Shown piece after piece: positions 26,264 through 37,809 of a DNA stretch of 64,000 nucleotides. Location of the stretch: contig NC_086097.1 in assembly GCF_963921235.1 (NCBI RefSeq), forward strand, positions 234,610,001 through 234,674,000, written 5' to 3'. The translations under genes and the position numbers were made by a program. This DNA is from Mobula hypostoma (lineage: Eukaryota). The first letter of the stretch is position 1. Each line of letters begins with the position of its first letter. The notes below the pieces were generated by a model. The model was not told the origin of the DNA. It made no database searches and worked only from the letters and a program-made list of their open reading frames with translations.

Positions 26264-26905
26264 TTAGCGGAAGTTAGAGAAGTCGATGTTCATGCCATCA
26301 GGTTGGAGGCTACCCAGACGGAATATAAGGTGTTGTTCCTCCAACCTGAGTGTGGCTTCATCTTTACAGTAGAGGAGGCCGTGGATAGACATGTCAGAAT
26401 GGGAATGGGATGTGGAATTAAAATGTGTGGCCACTGGGAGATCCTGCTTTCTCTGGCGGACAGAGCGTAGATGTTCAGCAAAGCGGTCTCCCAGTCTGCG
26501 TCGGGTCTCGCCAATATATAAAAGGCCACATTGGGAGCACCGGACGCAGTATATCACCCCAGTCAACTCACAGGTGAAGTGTTGCCTCACCTGGAAGGAC
26601 TGTTTGGGGCCCTGAATGGTGGTAAGGGAGGAAGTGTAAGGGCATGTGTAGCACTTGTTCCGCTTACACGGATAAGTGCCAGGAGGGAGATCAGTGGGGA
26701 GGGATGGGGGGGACGAATGGACAAGGGAGTTGCGTAGGGAGCGATCCCTGCGGAATGCAGAGAGAAGGGGGGAGGGAAAGATGTGCTTAGTGGTGGGATC
26801 CCATCGGAGGTGGCGGAAGTTACGGAGAATAATATGTTGGACCCAGAGGCTGGTGGAGTGGTAGGTGAGGACCAGGGGAACCCTATTCCTAGTGGGGTGG
26901 TGGGA
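26264..26905 (-). pseudogene. PLE ORF C-terminus: CxxxxCxxC linker and GIY-YIG endonuclease, frame open but 5'-truncated (no RT core)
   Basis: CKRNKCYTC...FTCELTGVIYCVRCSQCGLLYIGETRRRLGDRFAEH...LEEQHLIFRLGSLQPDGMN within ORF 26264..27040. Confidence 0.92.
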
Positions 26906-26997
26906 GGATGGAGTGAGAGTCAGGGGAACCCTATTCCTAGTGGGATGGTGGGAGGATGGAGTGAGAGTCAGGGGAACCCTATTCCTAGTGGGGTGGT
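26873..26997. repeat. 48-bp tandem repeat (2.6 copies) at the palindrome apex
   Basis: Unit CAGGGGAACCCTATTCCTAGTGGGGTGGTGGGAGGATGGAGTGAGAGT starting at 26873, 26921 and 26969. Confidence 0.95.
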
Positions 26998-26999
26998 CC

Positions 27000-27641
27000 T
27001 CCCACCAACCCACCAGGAATAGAGTTCCCCTGGTTCTCACCTACCACCTCACTAGCCTCCGGGTCCAACATATTATTCTCTGTAACTTCTGCCACCTCCA
27101 ACGGGATCTCACCACTAAGCACATCTTTCCCTACCCCCATCTCTCTGCATTCCGCAGGGATCGTTCCCTACGCAACTCCCTTGTCCATTCGTCCCCCCCA
27201 TCCCTCTTCACTGATCTCCCTCCTGGCACTTATCCATGTAAGCGGAACAAGTGCTACACATGCCCTTACACTTCCTCCCTTACCACCATTCAGGGCCCCA
27301 AATAGTCCTTCCAGGTGAGGCAACACTTCACCTGTGAGTCGACTGGGGTGATATACTGCGTCCAGTGCTCCCGATGTGGCCTTTTATATATTGGCGAGAC
27401 CCGACGCAGACTGGGAGACCGCTTTGCTGAACATCTATGCTCTGTCTGCCAGAGAAAGCAGGATGTCCCAGTGGCCACACATTTTAATTCCACATCTCAT
27501 TCCCATTCTGACATGTCTATCCGTGGCCTCCTCTACTGTAAAGATGAAGCCACACTCAGGTTGGAGGAACAACACCTTCTATTCCGTCTGGGTAGCCTCC
27601 AACCTGATGGCATGAACATTGACTTCTCTAACTTCCGCTAA
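27000..27641 (+). pseudogene. Mirror copy of the PLE linker and GIY-YIG with one nonsense codon (27303-27305)
   Basis: ORFs 26865..27305 and 27315..27641 are in the same frame; CAG in the left arm is TAG here. Confidence 0.92.
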
Positions 27642-27934
27642 GGCCCCACCTCCCCCTCGTACCCCATCTGTTACATTTTTATGCACACATTCTTTCTCTC
27701 ACTCTCCTTTTTCTCCCTCTGTCCCTCAGAATATACCTCTTGCCCATCCTCTGGGTCCCCCCCCCGCCCTTGTCTTTCTTCCCGGACCTCCTGTCCCATG
27801 ATCCTCTCATATCCCTTTTGCCAATCACCTGTCCAGCTCTTGGCTCCATCCCTCCCCCTCCTGTCTTCTCCTATCATTTTGGATCTCCCCCTCCCCCTCC
27901 CACTTTCAAATCTCTTACTCACTCTTCCTTCAGT

Positions 27935-27972
27935 TAGTCCTGACGAAGGGTCTCGGCCTGAAACGTCGACTG
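27935..27972 (+). ncRNA. Minimal type I hammerhead ribozyme, intact core
   Basis: CTGACGA at 27940-27946, GAAAC at 27960-27964, GTC cleavage triplet at 27965-27967, helix I AGTC/GACT. Confidence 0.8.
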
Positions 27973-28059
27973 CACCTCTTCCTACAGATGCTGCCTGGCC
28001 TGCTGCGTTCACCAGCAACTTTGATGTGTGTTGCTTGCTTTTAAATTTGTTTGTTTTAC

Positions 28060-28240
28060 CTTTCTACACATTGTGGTGCACCAGGCGACAACCCTGATGC
28101 TTCCTTAGCACTTGTCTGTTTTCTATGAGGCTGAGCTGCTAGTTTGATGCTCATCCCAGCAGAGATGGAAAGCGTGCAAGGAGCCGGCCAGATTCGAACC
28201 CAGGACCACTCGCCACTGACGCCACTACACCACCGGCCAG
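28060..28240 (-). mobile_element. tRNA-derived SINE
   Basis: Minus strand has A-box-like GGTGGTGTAGTGG and B-box GGTTCGAATC. Confidence 0.7.
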
Positions 28241-28849
28241 AAACTTTAAAACTTTGTTTCTAAAATTCTTGGACAAATAATACAATTCTGTGCTAGTACA
28301 ATATTAAGGAGCTCTGCTGAAGTAAGTACCTACTGAAAATACAGATGAGGAATGGATTGGATTTCCTATATTTGTCTAATTCTTCAAATCCTCCTTGGAA
28401 ATATATAACATCCTCAGTGATGCATGCTCGAACTCATAACCAATCAAATAGAGAAAGGCCTTTAACAAGATTTATTTACTCAGGATCATGAAATAACATA
28501 TCATTAATGGCAGAAAAGAGCCATCAGACAACTAATCCTAGTATCAGAGCTTTCAGTTACCACACTGGATGTCTTTGAATGGAAAATCCTGCAAAAGGTA
28601 GTGCATTCAGCCCAGTACATCGTGGGTAAAGCCCTCCCTCCCAACCATTCAGCATATCTGCATGAAACAGCTGTCATTAGAAAGCAGCATCCAAAGTCAA
28701 TAGTCCTTGGCTCCCCAGGCCATGCTCATTTCTCGCTGCTACCACCAGGTAGAAGGTACAAGAGCCTCAGGACTCACACCACCAGGTTCAAGAATAGTTA
28801 CTAGCCCTGAAACATCAGGGTCTTTAACAAAGTGGGCGGAGTTAAGGAG

Positions 28850-29680
28850 TGAATGGAGTTAAGATGTCGGCAAATGACTGCCTCTTCAAACACAGTTTAA
28901 ATCCCTCTCTTTAAGGTCTCCCTTTTTCTTCTCTTTTCTAGGTGGTTGTGATTCTGTCGAGGTCTTGATCTGCAGATGGTATACAAACTACATCGATGGT
29001 GGTTGAGTTTGCGTTCTTGGAGTTCATTGGCCGACCGTTTTCCAACATTCTATAGGCATGGCTTGGAAGATAGTGCCTCTAGGGTACAGCCCAGCACGGC
29101 TCTGTTGAGGACCAATCCTAGGCCGAGGCATGGTGGAAGGAAATCGGGCTTTTGCTGCAGTGGATATATGGACGGAGCTCTCTAGTTGAGCGGTCACATT
29201 CTCTCTCTCTTTCTCTTGATGGGAGGAGAGTTTGCTGCCAAGTCTCACGTCGGGAATCTCCGAATAAAAAGGCGGCTTGGCAGATTGTAACACAGAAACA
29301 GTGGCTGTCAGTCTCCCCATTCGCTGTGAAAAAACAGGTGATATGTCTCTGTCCTTGACTGTGAGAGAGAGAGGAGCCTGGGCATGTCAAACTGTTGGGT
29401 AAACGATAGTTTTTTTGCTAACTGCAGATCATTGTCTCTCTTTGAGTATTTTGCTGTTGCTGGGTAGGTGGTAGGCTCTGTCGCTCTTTTGCTGATGGCG
29501 GGGGAGGTTGATGCTGTTGCTTGTACAGGGAGGAGGCAGGGGACTTTGGGTTCTAATGTTTTTCTGTCATTCATTCATTCTTCTGGGATTGTTCTGTTTT
29601 TCATGGACATCTGCAAAGACAAGTATTTCAGGCTATATACTGTATACATTCTCCGATAATATTCGAAACCATTTGAACTG
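28850..29680 (+). mobile_element. Unclassified non-coding interspersed element within a Rex fragment
   Basis: GC-richer block interrupting a Rex 3' end (28560-28830, resuming ~29710); LINE-like 3' end. Confidence 0.4.
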
Positions 29681-30019
29681 CATGCAATTGCGCATCCATT
29701 GAGATGTTCAGTAACCAATGATCTCACTTTAAGGACCCTTTATTGTGTTATCTCATATTCTTATGATTTATTGCTATTTGCTTGTATTTGCTGTTGCACA
29801 GTTTGCTGTCTTCTGTACTCTGGTTCATCTTTCAATGATCCTTTTATTGTTACTATTCTATAGATTTGAAGAGTACGTCCACTGGAAAATTAATCTCAGG
29901 ATTGTATATGGTGACATATATGTACTTTGATAATAAAATTTATTTGAACATTGAACCTAGATCATAATTTTTTATCGATGGATCTCAGAAATTATTCTGT
30001 ACAGATGCATGGCGACTTG

Positions 30020-30590
30020 ATTCAAGATTCAAAGATTCAATCAAGATTCAAAAAACTTTATTGTCATTCTAACCGTACATCAGCTCTGCAGGGCAGAATG
30101 AGACAGTGTTTCCCAGGAGCAGTGCGATCATAACATAACAAACGCAACACTAAATAATAAACATAACAATAAATAGTAAAACATAACAGCCACATGTCAG
30201 TTAAAATCAAGTTATAAGTGTCCAGTGCAAGTTAAAAGTGTCCAAAGCAGAGTCAGGTAGAGCAGCTATTTAGCAGTCTGACTGCCTGTGGGAGGAAGCT
30301 GTTTAGTAGCCTTGTGGTTTTAGCTTTCATGCTCCTGTAACGTTTGCCTGATGGCAGAAGAACAAACAGTTCATGGAGAGGATGTGAGGGGTCTTTAATG
30401 ATGTACCGTGTCTTCTGGAGGCATCGACTCTGAAAGAGGTCTTGGACAGAAGGTAGGGACCCCGATAACCTTCTCTGCTCCCCTAACCACCCTCTACAAG
30501 GCTTTTTAGTCGACAGCACTGCAGCTGGAGAACCAGGTTGTGATGCAAAAGGTCAGCACACTCTCAACCATGTCTCTGTAGAATGTAGTG
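30020..30590 (-). mobile_element. Rex1/Babar LINE 3' fragment
   Basis: ORF 30253..30519 IIKDPSHPLHELFVLLPSGKRYRS; (GATTCAA)n tail. Confidence 0.85.
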
Positions 30591-30716
30591 TCTTGCACAT
30601 GACAGCAAGAAACTGCAGGGAGTTGTGACATAGCTCAGCACATCACAGAAACTAGCCTCCCCTCTTTAGATTCTGTCTATATTTCTCGTTGTCTCAGGAA
30701 AGCTGCCAACATAATC

Positions 30717-30873
30717 AAAAACACAAGAAATTCTGCAGATGTTGGAAGTCCAAAGCAGAATACACAAAATTCTGGAGGAACTTAGCAGGTTTAGCAGCAT
30801 CCTAAGTGTCTCAGCCCGAAACGTTGACTGTTCGTTGATTTCAGTGGATGCTGCCTGGCCTGCTGAGTTCCTG
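30717..30873. mobile_element. Miniature PLE fold-back insertion
   Basis: PLE 3' end on minus (30717-30800) joined to a plus-strand arm with a partial hammerhead (GAAACGTTGACTG); imperfect TSD CAACATAATC/CAGCATAATC. Confidence 0.7.
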
Positions 30874-31984
30874 CAGCATAATCTGAAGCATGCCTGTGAA
30901 TCTGTGGCTCTTTTTGCCAAAATGCAAGAATTGCAGGGTTTGAAACACATAAACTTCAAGATTCTGGGATCTGACAGAAAATGCTGGAAGAACTCTATCA
31001 GTCTAGTAGCATCGGTGGAAAAAGAAAACAGTGAAGATCTCTGGTTACAGACCTTAGAAAAACAGAAAACTAAAGTTAGTCCAGTAATATAGAAGGTGGG
31101 GAGAACAGTGGGTGCAATAAATAGAGTATCAGTAAAGGGGTGGGGGAGTGGAAATGATAAACAGCCCTTGTATTTGCTGTTGCACAGTTTGTTGTCTTCT
31201 GTACTCTGGTTTATCTTTCATTGTTACTATTCTATAGATTTGCTGAGTATGCCCACTAGAAAATTAATCTCAGGATTGTATATGGTGACACATATGTACT
31301 TTGATAATAAAATTTAAGCCCTTTTGTGTAATGTGTTGCTAATTTTGTGATGTCAGGGTGATTTTCTCTTGTCTGAACAACTGTAACATGTTGAGCGGTC
31401 AGAATATATAAATGAAATAAAGAAGATCTCGTTTGCACACTTCAAGAAATTCTGCTCACAGTAATGGTTCTGTTGACTTTTACAACAGCAGTTAACTGCA
31501 AAGTAATTAAACTTGGAAGCAAACTTATTGGGGCACAAGGAACAGCCAGTTTTTCCAGAATACTTTCTGGCTATGAGGTGATTACAATGCAAACAGAATG
31601 ACCGTAGGCTGTGAAACGTGCAAAATTGTAGTTGAAAAGTTCCACAGAGGAAAAACTGACAAACCATGGAACAGTAGAGGACCTTTCTACAGAAATAGTT
31701 GGATTGGAATAATCAGGGTGGTTATAAAGAGAGGTTAAAGAAGACTCATTGAATTTTACTCTGTTATTCTCTATTCTCACTGCTACCATCGGGCAGGAGG
31801 TACACCAGCCTTAGGTCCTACAGCACCAGGTTCAGGAATAGTTATTACCATTCAACCATCAGGCTTTCTGAACTAGCATGGATAACTTCACTCACCTGAA
31901 CTCTGAACTGATTACACAACCTATAGACTCTCTTTCAAGGACTCTGCAACTTAAGTTATCAAAATTGTTTTTTTTTTCCATCCA

Positions 31985-32775
31985 TTTATTTATCCGTATT
32001 GGGAAATGTATAATAATCCATTTTGGTAAAGGAACAATAGTGTGGATTATTATCTAAATAGGGAGAAGGTTCAAACATCAGAGGTGCAGAGGGACTTAGG
32101 AATCCTTGTGCAAGACTCCCAGAAGGATAATTTACAGGTTGACTCTGTGGTAAAGAAGGCAAACGTAATGTTGGCATTTATTTGAAAGGGAATAGAATAT
32201 AAGAGCAAAGAGATAATGCTGAGCCTTTACTAGACATTAGTCAGGCCACACTTAGAACATTGTCAACAATTTTGGGCCCTATGTCTCAGAAAGAATGTAT
32301 TGTCATTGAAGAGAGTCCAGAGGAGGTTCACGAGGATGATTCCAGGAATGAAGGGGTTAACATATGAGGAGCATTTGGAAGCTTTGGGCCCGTACTCAGT
32401 GGAATTTAGAAGAATGTGGGGAGATCTTAGTGAAACCTACCCAATGTTGAAAGGACTTGAGAGGGTGGAGGTGGAGAGGATGTTTCCTATGGTGGAGGTA
32501 TCCAGAACTAGAGGGCACAGCCTCAAAATTGAGGGGCGATCCTTTAGAACAGAAGTTGGGAGGAATTTTTTTAACCAGAGAGTAGTAAATCTGAGGAATG
32601 CTCTGCCACAGACTGCGGTGGCCAAGCCCATGGGTATATTTAAGGCTGAAGTTTCCTGATTGGTCGGGGCATCAAAGGAGAAGGCAGGCTGAGTGGGATT
32701 CAGGCTCAGCTATGACGGAATAGCGGAGCAGATTCGATGGCTGATTGGCCTAATTCTGTTCCTATGTCTTATGAT
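31985..32775 (+). mobile_element. CR1 3' fragment
   Basis: ORF 32300..32659 RVQRRFTRMIPGMKGL...TRGHSLKI; TCTTATGATCTTAT tail. Confidence 0.9.
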
Positions 32776-32917
32776 CTTATCTACCTATCTCTGTACTTAC
32801 TATTTCTTTATTGATCTATCTGTCTATTTATATATTACTTTGTATTTGCTTAGTTTGTCTTCTTTTGCACATTGGTTGTTTGTCAACCTTTGTGTGTACT
32901 TCATTGATTCTATTGTA

Positions 32918-33377
32918 AGATCTATCTAAGATGGAGCAGTCATGTTGTTTGGATGAAAGACGAATGTCTGCCGAAACAAATCTTCTACTCCCAGCTTAAA
33001 GAAGGCAAACGTAAAAGAGGCGGACAACAGAAGAGATTCAAAGACGTCTTAAAAACCGACATGAAGAAATGTAACATCAACATCAACAATTGGGAAACCA
33101 ATGCCAAGGACAGGAAACTCTGGCAAGCCATCATCTGAGAAGGAACAGCAACTTTCGAAGCCAACAGAGGTGCAGAATTAGAAGAAAAGAGAAGAAGATG
33201 GAAAGAGAGGCAGCAACAACCAAAGACCGATCTGCCATCTGGAACTACCTGTCCTGAATGCAGAAGAACTTTCAAAGCCAAGATTGGACTCATAAGCCAC
33301 TTGAGAGCCCATAAATAGATCAACAGAACAAAGACTATCATCCTCGACCTCGAGGGATAGCCACGACGATGACTATG
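32918..33377 (+). mobile_element. RTE (BovB-like) LINE 3' fragment with a C-terminal C2H2 finger
   Basis: LPKQIFYSQLKEGKRKRGGQQKRFKD...CPECRRTFKAKIGLISHLRAH; TSD ATTGTA at 32912-32917 and 33378-33383. Confidence 0.88.
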
Positions 33378-34675
33378 ATTGTATTTCTTTGTTCTACTGT
33401 GAATGCCTGCAAGAAAATGAATCACAGAGTAGTACTTGGTGACATATATGTATTTTGATAATAAATTTACTTTGAGTTCTGAACAAGTCTGTTAAATTGG
33501 TAGGATTTCACGTCTGTTTTGTAATTTAGTTGGCATGATAATTGAATTATCATACCAACTTCATTGCATAAATTGAATAGATTGGTTCCAAACCTTTTCT
33601 TAGCGATAGATTTTCTACTGCATATATACTTTTTCAATTTAACGTCATTTCCTTGAGAACAACATTCTGACTATTTTCTTTCACTAGATACAGTATTTGA
33701 ATCTCATGCTTTATCATGTTAAAGGGTCATAGAGAAGTACAGCACCTAATCTATGCCGAAAACATTTAAACTTCCTAGTCCCATCGACCTGCACTGGGAC
33801 CATACCCTCCATTTCCCTAGTATCCATTACCTACCAAACTTAAATATCTTTTTTCTTTAGAAGATCTCTTGATAAAGTTTTGTTGTTAAAAGTTTAAACT
33901 TTTCTTCTACATTTGAGTGGATGGTTGAATTAAGTACTAAAACGTTGACTTAGATTTACAATGATTTAAATCTGGTCATTAAACTATGCAAAGGACTAAG
34001 TTCAACTTTCAAAGATGTTTTATATTTGAAAAAGTCCCAAGTTTTGCTTTGTTTTAAGCTAGACATAAAATTACTTTTAAGTTCTATTTATCGTAACAGA
34101 TCATTTCTAAATACAAAATCTGGTACGTTGACCTTTGAACTTCTGAGTCATGAGTAACAGAGCATAAAATCAAGTTCTTCTGCCTAAATTGTCCGTGCGG
34201 ACCTCCCCGCTGGTCCCAGATGCTCGCAATCGACACATAGTCCTCCATTTTTCCCCTCTGCACACCTATCCAAATACCTCTTAAACATTGCTATTGTACC
34301 CACCGCAACCACTTCCCCTGCAATCATTCCAGGTCCTCACTATCCTCTGTGTAAGGAAGTTACCGCTCAGCACTCCGTTAAATCTTTCCCTCTTATCCTG
34401 CATCTGAGCTCTCTTGTTTTGCATTCTCCAGCACTGGGGACAAGTCTAAGATTGTACACCCATACCCTTCATGCTTTTATGAACTTCTGTGAGCTTACCC
34501 TCATCCTCCAGTGCTCCAGGGAATAAAGTTGCAATATGATCAATCTCTCCCGATAACTCAGGCCCTCAGGCAGCATTATGATCAGTCTCTTCTGCACCCT
34601 CTCTTGGTGCTGCCCTTTTCTATACAAGGTTGACCAAAACTGTAACTGTAACATAATGTCCCTGCTGCTATTCCT

Positions 34676-35239
34676 TGTTGTAGCGTGGACGAAATCACCG
34701 GAGAGACAGAGTCACTGGTAGATACAAAGCAGCTTCTTTATTCGACACAACAAGCAGGCATCTTACGGATGGAGATGCTTTCCGCAGAAAGTTCTGTTAG
34801 CTCAATGTGGGCTCGATATTTATATGCTAAACACAAAGGCAATCGCTACTTCAAAAGTTACAGACTATGCATAGACAAAGCTTCCTCTTGAAACTACATA
34901 CAAAATACCACACCATCCTTTCCTTCCAATGCCAACATGTCTGGGTTGGTATCCACAGCCTTTAGGAATGTAAGTTAAGTCTACAATACATTTATTTGGC
35001 ATTTCCCGTGCTAACATAGAAGACAATTAATATTTATAATGTATAGATAATACTGTCTTCGAAACTACAGCATCAAGTCAAATTACGGCGCCCGAGGCAT
35101 CTGGTATTCACACCTGTTAGGAAGTCCATCGTGGTGGACTCAATCCACAGTCCTTTATCAAACAGTTAAAATAGAAGTCTGGTGGCCAAAGTCATTTAAG
35201 TGTAAACAAATCATCTACCCAAAAAAATTCAGTCTAACA
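34676..35239 (-). mobile_element. Solo LTR (Gypsy-type) inserted in a CR1 remnant
   Basis: TGTT...AACA ends; TSD TTCCT/ATCCT; AATAAA on minus near the 34676 end; U5 resembles the LTR end at 57408-57563. Confidence 0.8.
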
Positions 35240-35659
35240 ATCCTGACGCCCTGAACGATGAAAGCCAGCATACTAACCGGCTTCTTCACGACACTGTCTA
35301 ATTGCAGATTCAGCATCATGTTTAATATCTCGGGCATATGTCGTGAAATTTGTTTTATCTGATTTCAGTGAAGTGTGCACCTATACTCTCTGTTCCACAA
35401 CACTCTTGAGTCCTCTGCCATTCAATCTTTAAGTCCTACCCAGCTTTAACTGTCCAGAATGGATCAATTCACATTTGGCCATCTCCCTAAATAACCAAGA
35501 TCTCTTTGCAATTCATTGTAACCTGTATCAACTGATGAATTTACTAATCATACCATAGATATTCATATCTAAATTATTTTCATCAATAGCAAACAATAGG
35601 TGTCCAAGCACTGACCCTGTGATACCTCACTAGTTACAAGCCTCCAATCAGAGAACTGG

Positions 35660-36088
35660 TGTCACAACCACGGATTCAGCAGCGCAGCAGACTTGACAAT
35701 TGCGCTCGAGCTTATATATGCGTCAGCTAATTATTATTTCATTGTGATGGTATTTAACTCCATTCATTCCATCATAGTGTTTGTCAAGACTTGAACCCAG
35801 GACACAACAACACTTCGCTACCTGCTTGCTTTTCGCCTTGCCTGAGAAATTGGACTGTTGAGTCAACTGACTCTGAAGACTAACGGTATTCATTTTGTTC
35901 TTAGTTGTTCTTCTCAGCCACAGTGTAGGCTTCATTTTCCATTTGAGAGTTTCAGTTAACAACCCTGCTTGGCCTAGCGTTTATTGTTTTCTTTTCCCTT
36001 TAACACTGTTCGCATTAAAGACTGAGAACTATCAACCTGTTTCAGTGTCTCTCACTCCACACTTGGGCTATGTCTGCTTCAGGTGACA
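35660..36088 (+). mobile_element. Solo LTR
   Basis: TGTCAC...GTGACA perfect 6-bp TIR; ATTAAA about 70 bp from the end; degenerate TSD ACTGG/ATTGA. Confidence 0.7.
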
Positions 36089-36233
36089 ATTGATCTTCAA
36101 CCATCACCCTCTGCTTTGGATTGATATCATTCTGAATCCATCTCTCAAGCTCCCTGACTCACAGGTGACCTAACCTGTGGGTATCACTGCTTGCTGGAAA
36201 CACTCAAATGGCCAAATTATAATGTGGAATCTA

Positions 36234-36749
36234 CACTCAGTGGCCACTTTATTAGGTAGTCCTGTACACCTACTCGCTAGAGCAATCATCTAATCAGTCA
36301 TGTGGCTGCAACTCAATACATAAAATCATGCAGACATGGTCAAAAGTTTCAGTTGTTGTTCAGATCAAACGTGACAATAGGGAAAAATGTGATCTTAATC
36401 TCTTTGACTACAAAAAGATTGTTGGTGCCAGACAGGGTGGTTTGAGTATTTCAGAAACTACTGATCTCCTGGGATTTTCATGCACAATAGTCTCTAGAGT
36501 TTACAGAGAATAGTGTGAAAAACGCAAACAAAAAATCCTGTGGACAAAAATGCCTTGTTAATGAGAGAGGTCAGAGGAGAATGGCCATATTAATTCCAGC
36601 TGACAGGAAGGCGACAGGAACTCAGATACAGTACCAATGTGCAGAAGAGCAGTTCTGAAAGCACAAGTCAAAGCTTGGAGTGGATAGGCTACAGCAGCAG
36701 AAGACTACAAACATACACTTTCTGTACCTAATAAAGTGGCCACTGAGTG
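36234..36749 (+). mobile_element. Tc1-family internally deleted transposon (MITE)
   Basis: Perfect 25-bp TIR CACTCAGTGGCCACTTTATTAGGTA; TA TSD; transposase N-terminal HTH remnant IVGARQGGLSISETTDLLGFSCTIVSRVYRE. Confidence 0.93.
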
Positions 36750-37809
36750 TATTGTGCCAGCAGTGTGCGTCTCTGTGGACTTTTAAATATCGACTACAGG
36801 TTTTATGGTCTTCATCATACGTAGGAGGTAAATTTCTGCATTTGCTTTCCCATCCATCTGCAATAACCTTGACAGAAACTGTGAAAAACCTGGACAAATG
36901 GCATTAGTAATTCACCGAGATTACAGAAGTTCCGGTGTCTGAGTTTTGTGTTAAAGAACATGTCTGTGAGACACTAAAGTCAAAATGGAAAGTAAACTGT
37001 AAGTAATAAATCTGACGCCACTTACCTAATCATTACAAATGTATTCATTAATCACAGGATATCAGCACGTTCAGAAAGGGTTTCTAATTGTTTACTTAAT
37101 TCAATATACAGTGAACGAACTGAAAGTGGCAAATGCATTAGATTTATCACAACAATCTTTTACTTTTATCAGTCATATCATAACTCATTTCTATTGATTA
37201 TCCTTGCATAGTTCAATCCAAAATGCATAATCTTTCCTGACTTAATTTCTCTGTGCCATCTCAAGCTGGAATATACTAGTCAAATCTTTTCACTACTTCC
37301 CCTAATTTGCATTCTATCACACGAAGACATGAGATGTAAGGGAAGCTTAACCAGAGAGTGCAGTTGAGGCATAAGCCATGGCACTGTTTAAGGGAAGAAC
37401 TGAAGCATTGCATTGTCAGAATGAAGTAGGATGAGGGGTGTAGGAGCAAAGTGAACTGCCACATGCAGTTAATGTTCAAAATGATGGGTGATTTATTTTT
37501 AAAAAAACTGGTGCACCCCAAGTTGGTGCTCTACCTATGATGAAATTGATTAAAAAGGCTAAATTTCACATCATTACCCTTGCACTGTTTACCAAAATTA
37601 TCAAATATAATTTGGTTGATTACAATACAGAAAACTACACCAGGTTCTACCTAATAAAGTATAGTTATCTCCAACAAACGGTTTGAAAATTTCACAGTGC
37701 AGTCAAAGTTCAAAGATTTATTATTAAAGTTCATATGTGTCACTATATTCTATGCTAAGATTAATATTCTTGCACACATTCACAATAGAATAAAGAAATG
37801 TAACACAAT

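Larger units (their letters stand above)
25830..28034. mobile_element. Penelope-like element (Neptune-type), 2.2-kb head-to-head fold-back insertion
   Basis: Inverted arms 25862-~26997 and 26998-28037; 14-bp TSD TTGCTTTTAAATTT at 25816-25829 and 28035-28048; each arm encodes a Cys linker plus GIY-YIG. Confidence 0.96.

Noticed and set aside
26873..26997. CRISPR-like direct repeats
   Set aside because: No unique spacers, no cas genes, eukaryotic context; it is a tandem duplication of PLE coding sequence
28185..28240. tRNA gene-like A/B boxes (also at 42410-42484)
   Set aside because: SINE heads; no complete cloverleaf, and they are attached to SINE bodies
31353..31789. Cys-rich minus-strand ORFs in unique-looking DNA
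   Set aside because: No consistent splice pair and no recognisable domain
36760..36960. Minus-strand ORF with an acceptor-like site (…VKVIADGWESKCRNLPP…)
   Set aside because: Resembles a decayed Gypsy RNaseH-integrase linker more than a host exon; too weak to call either way
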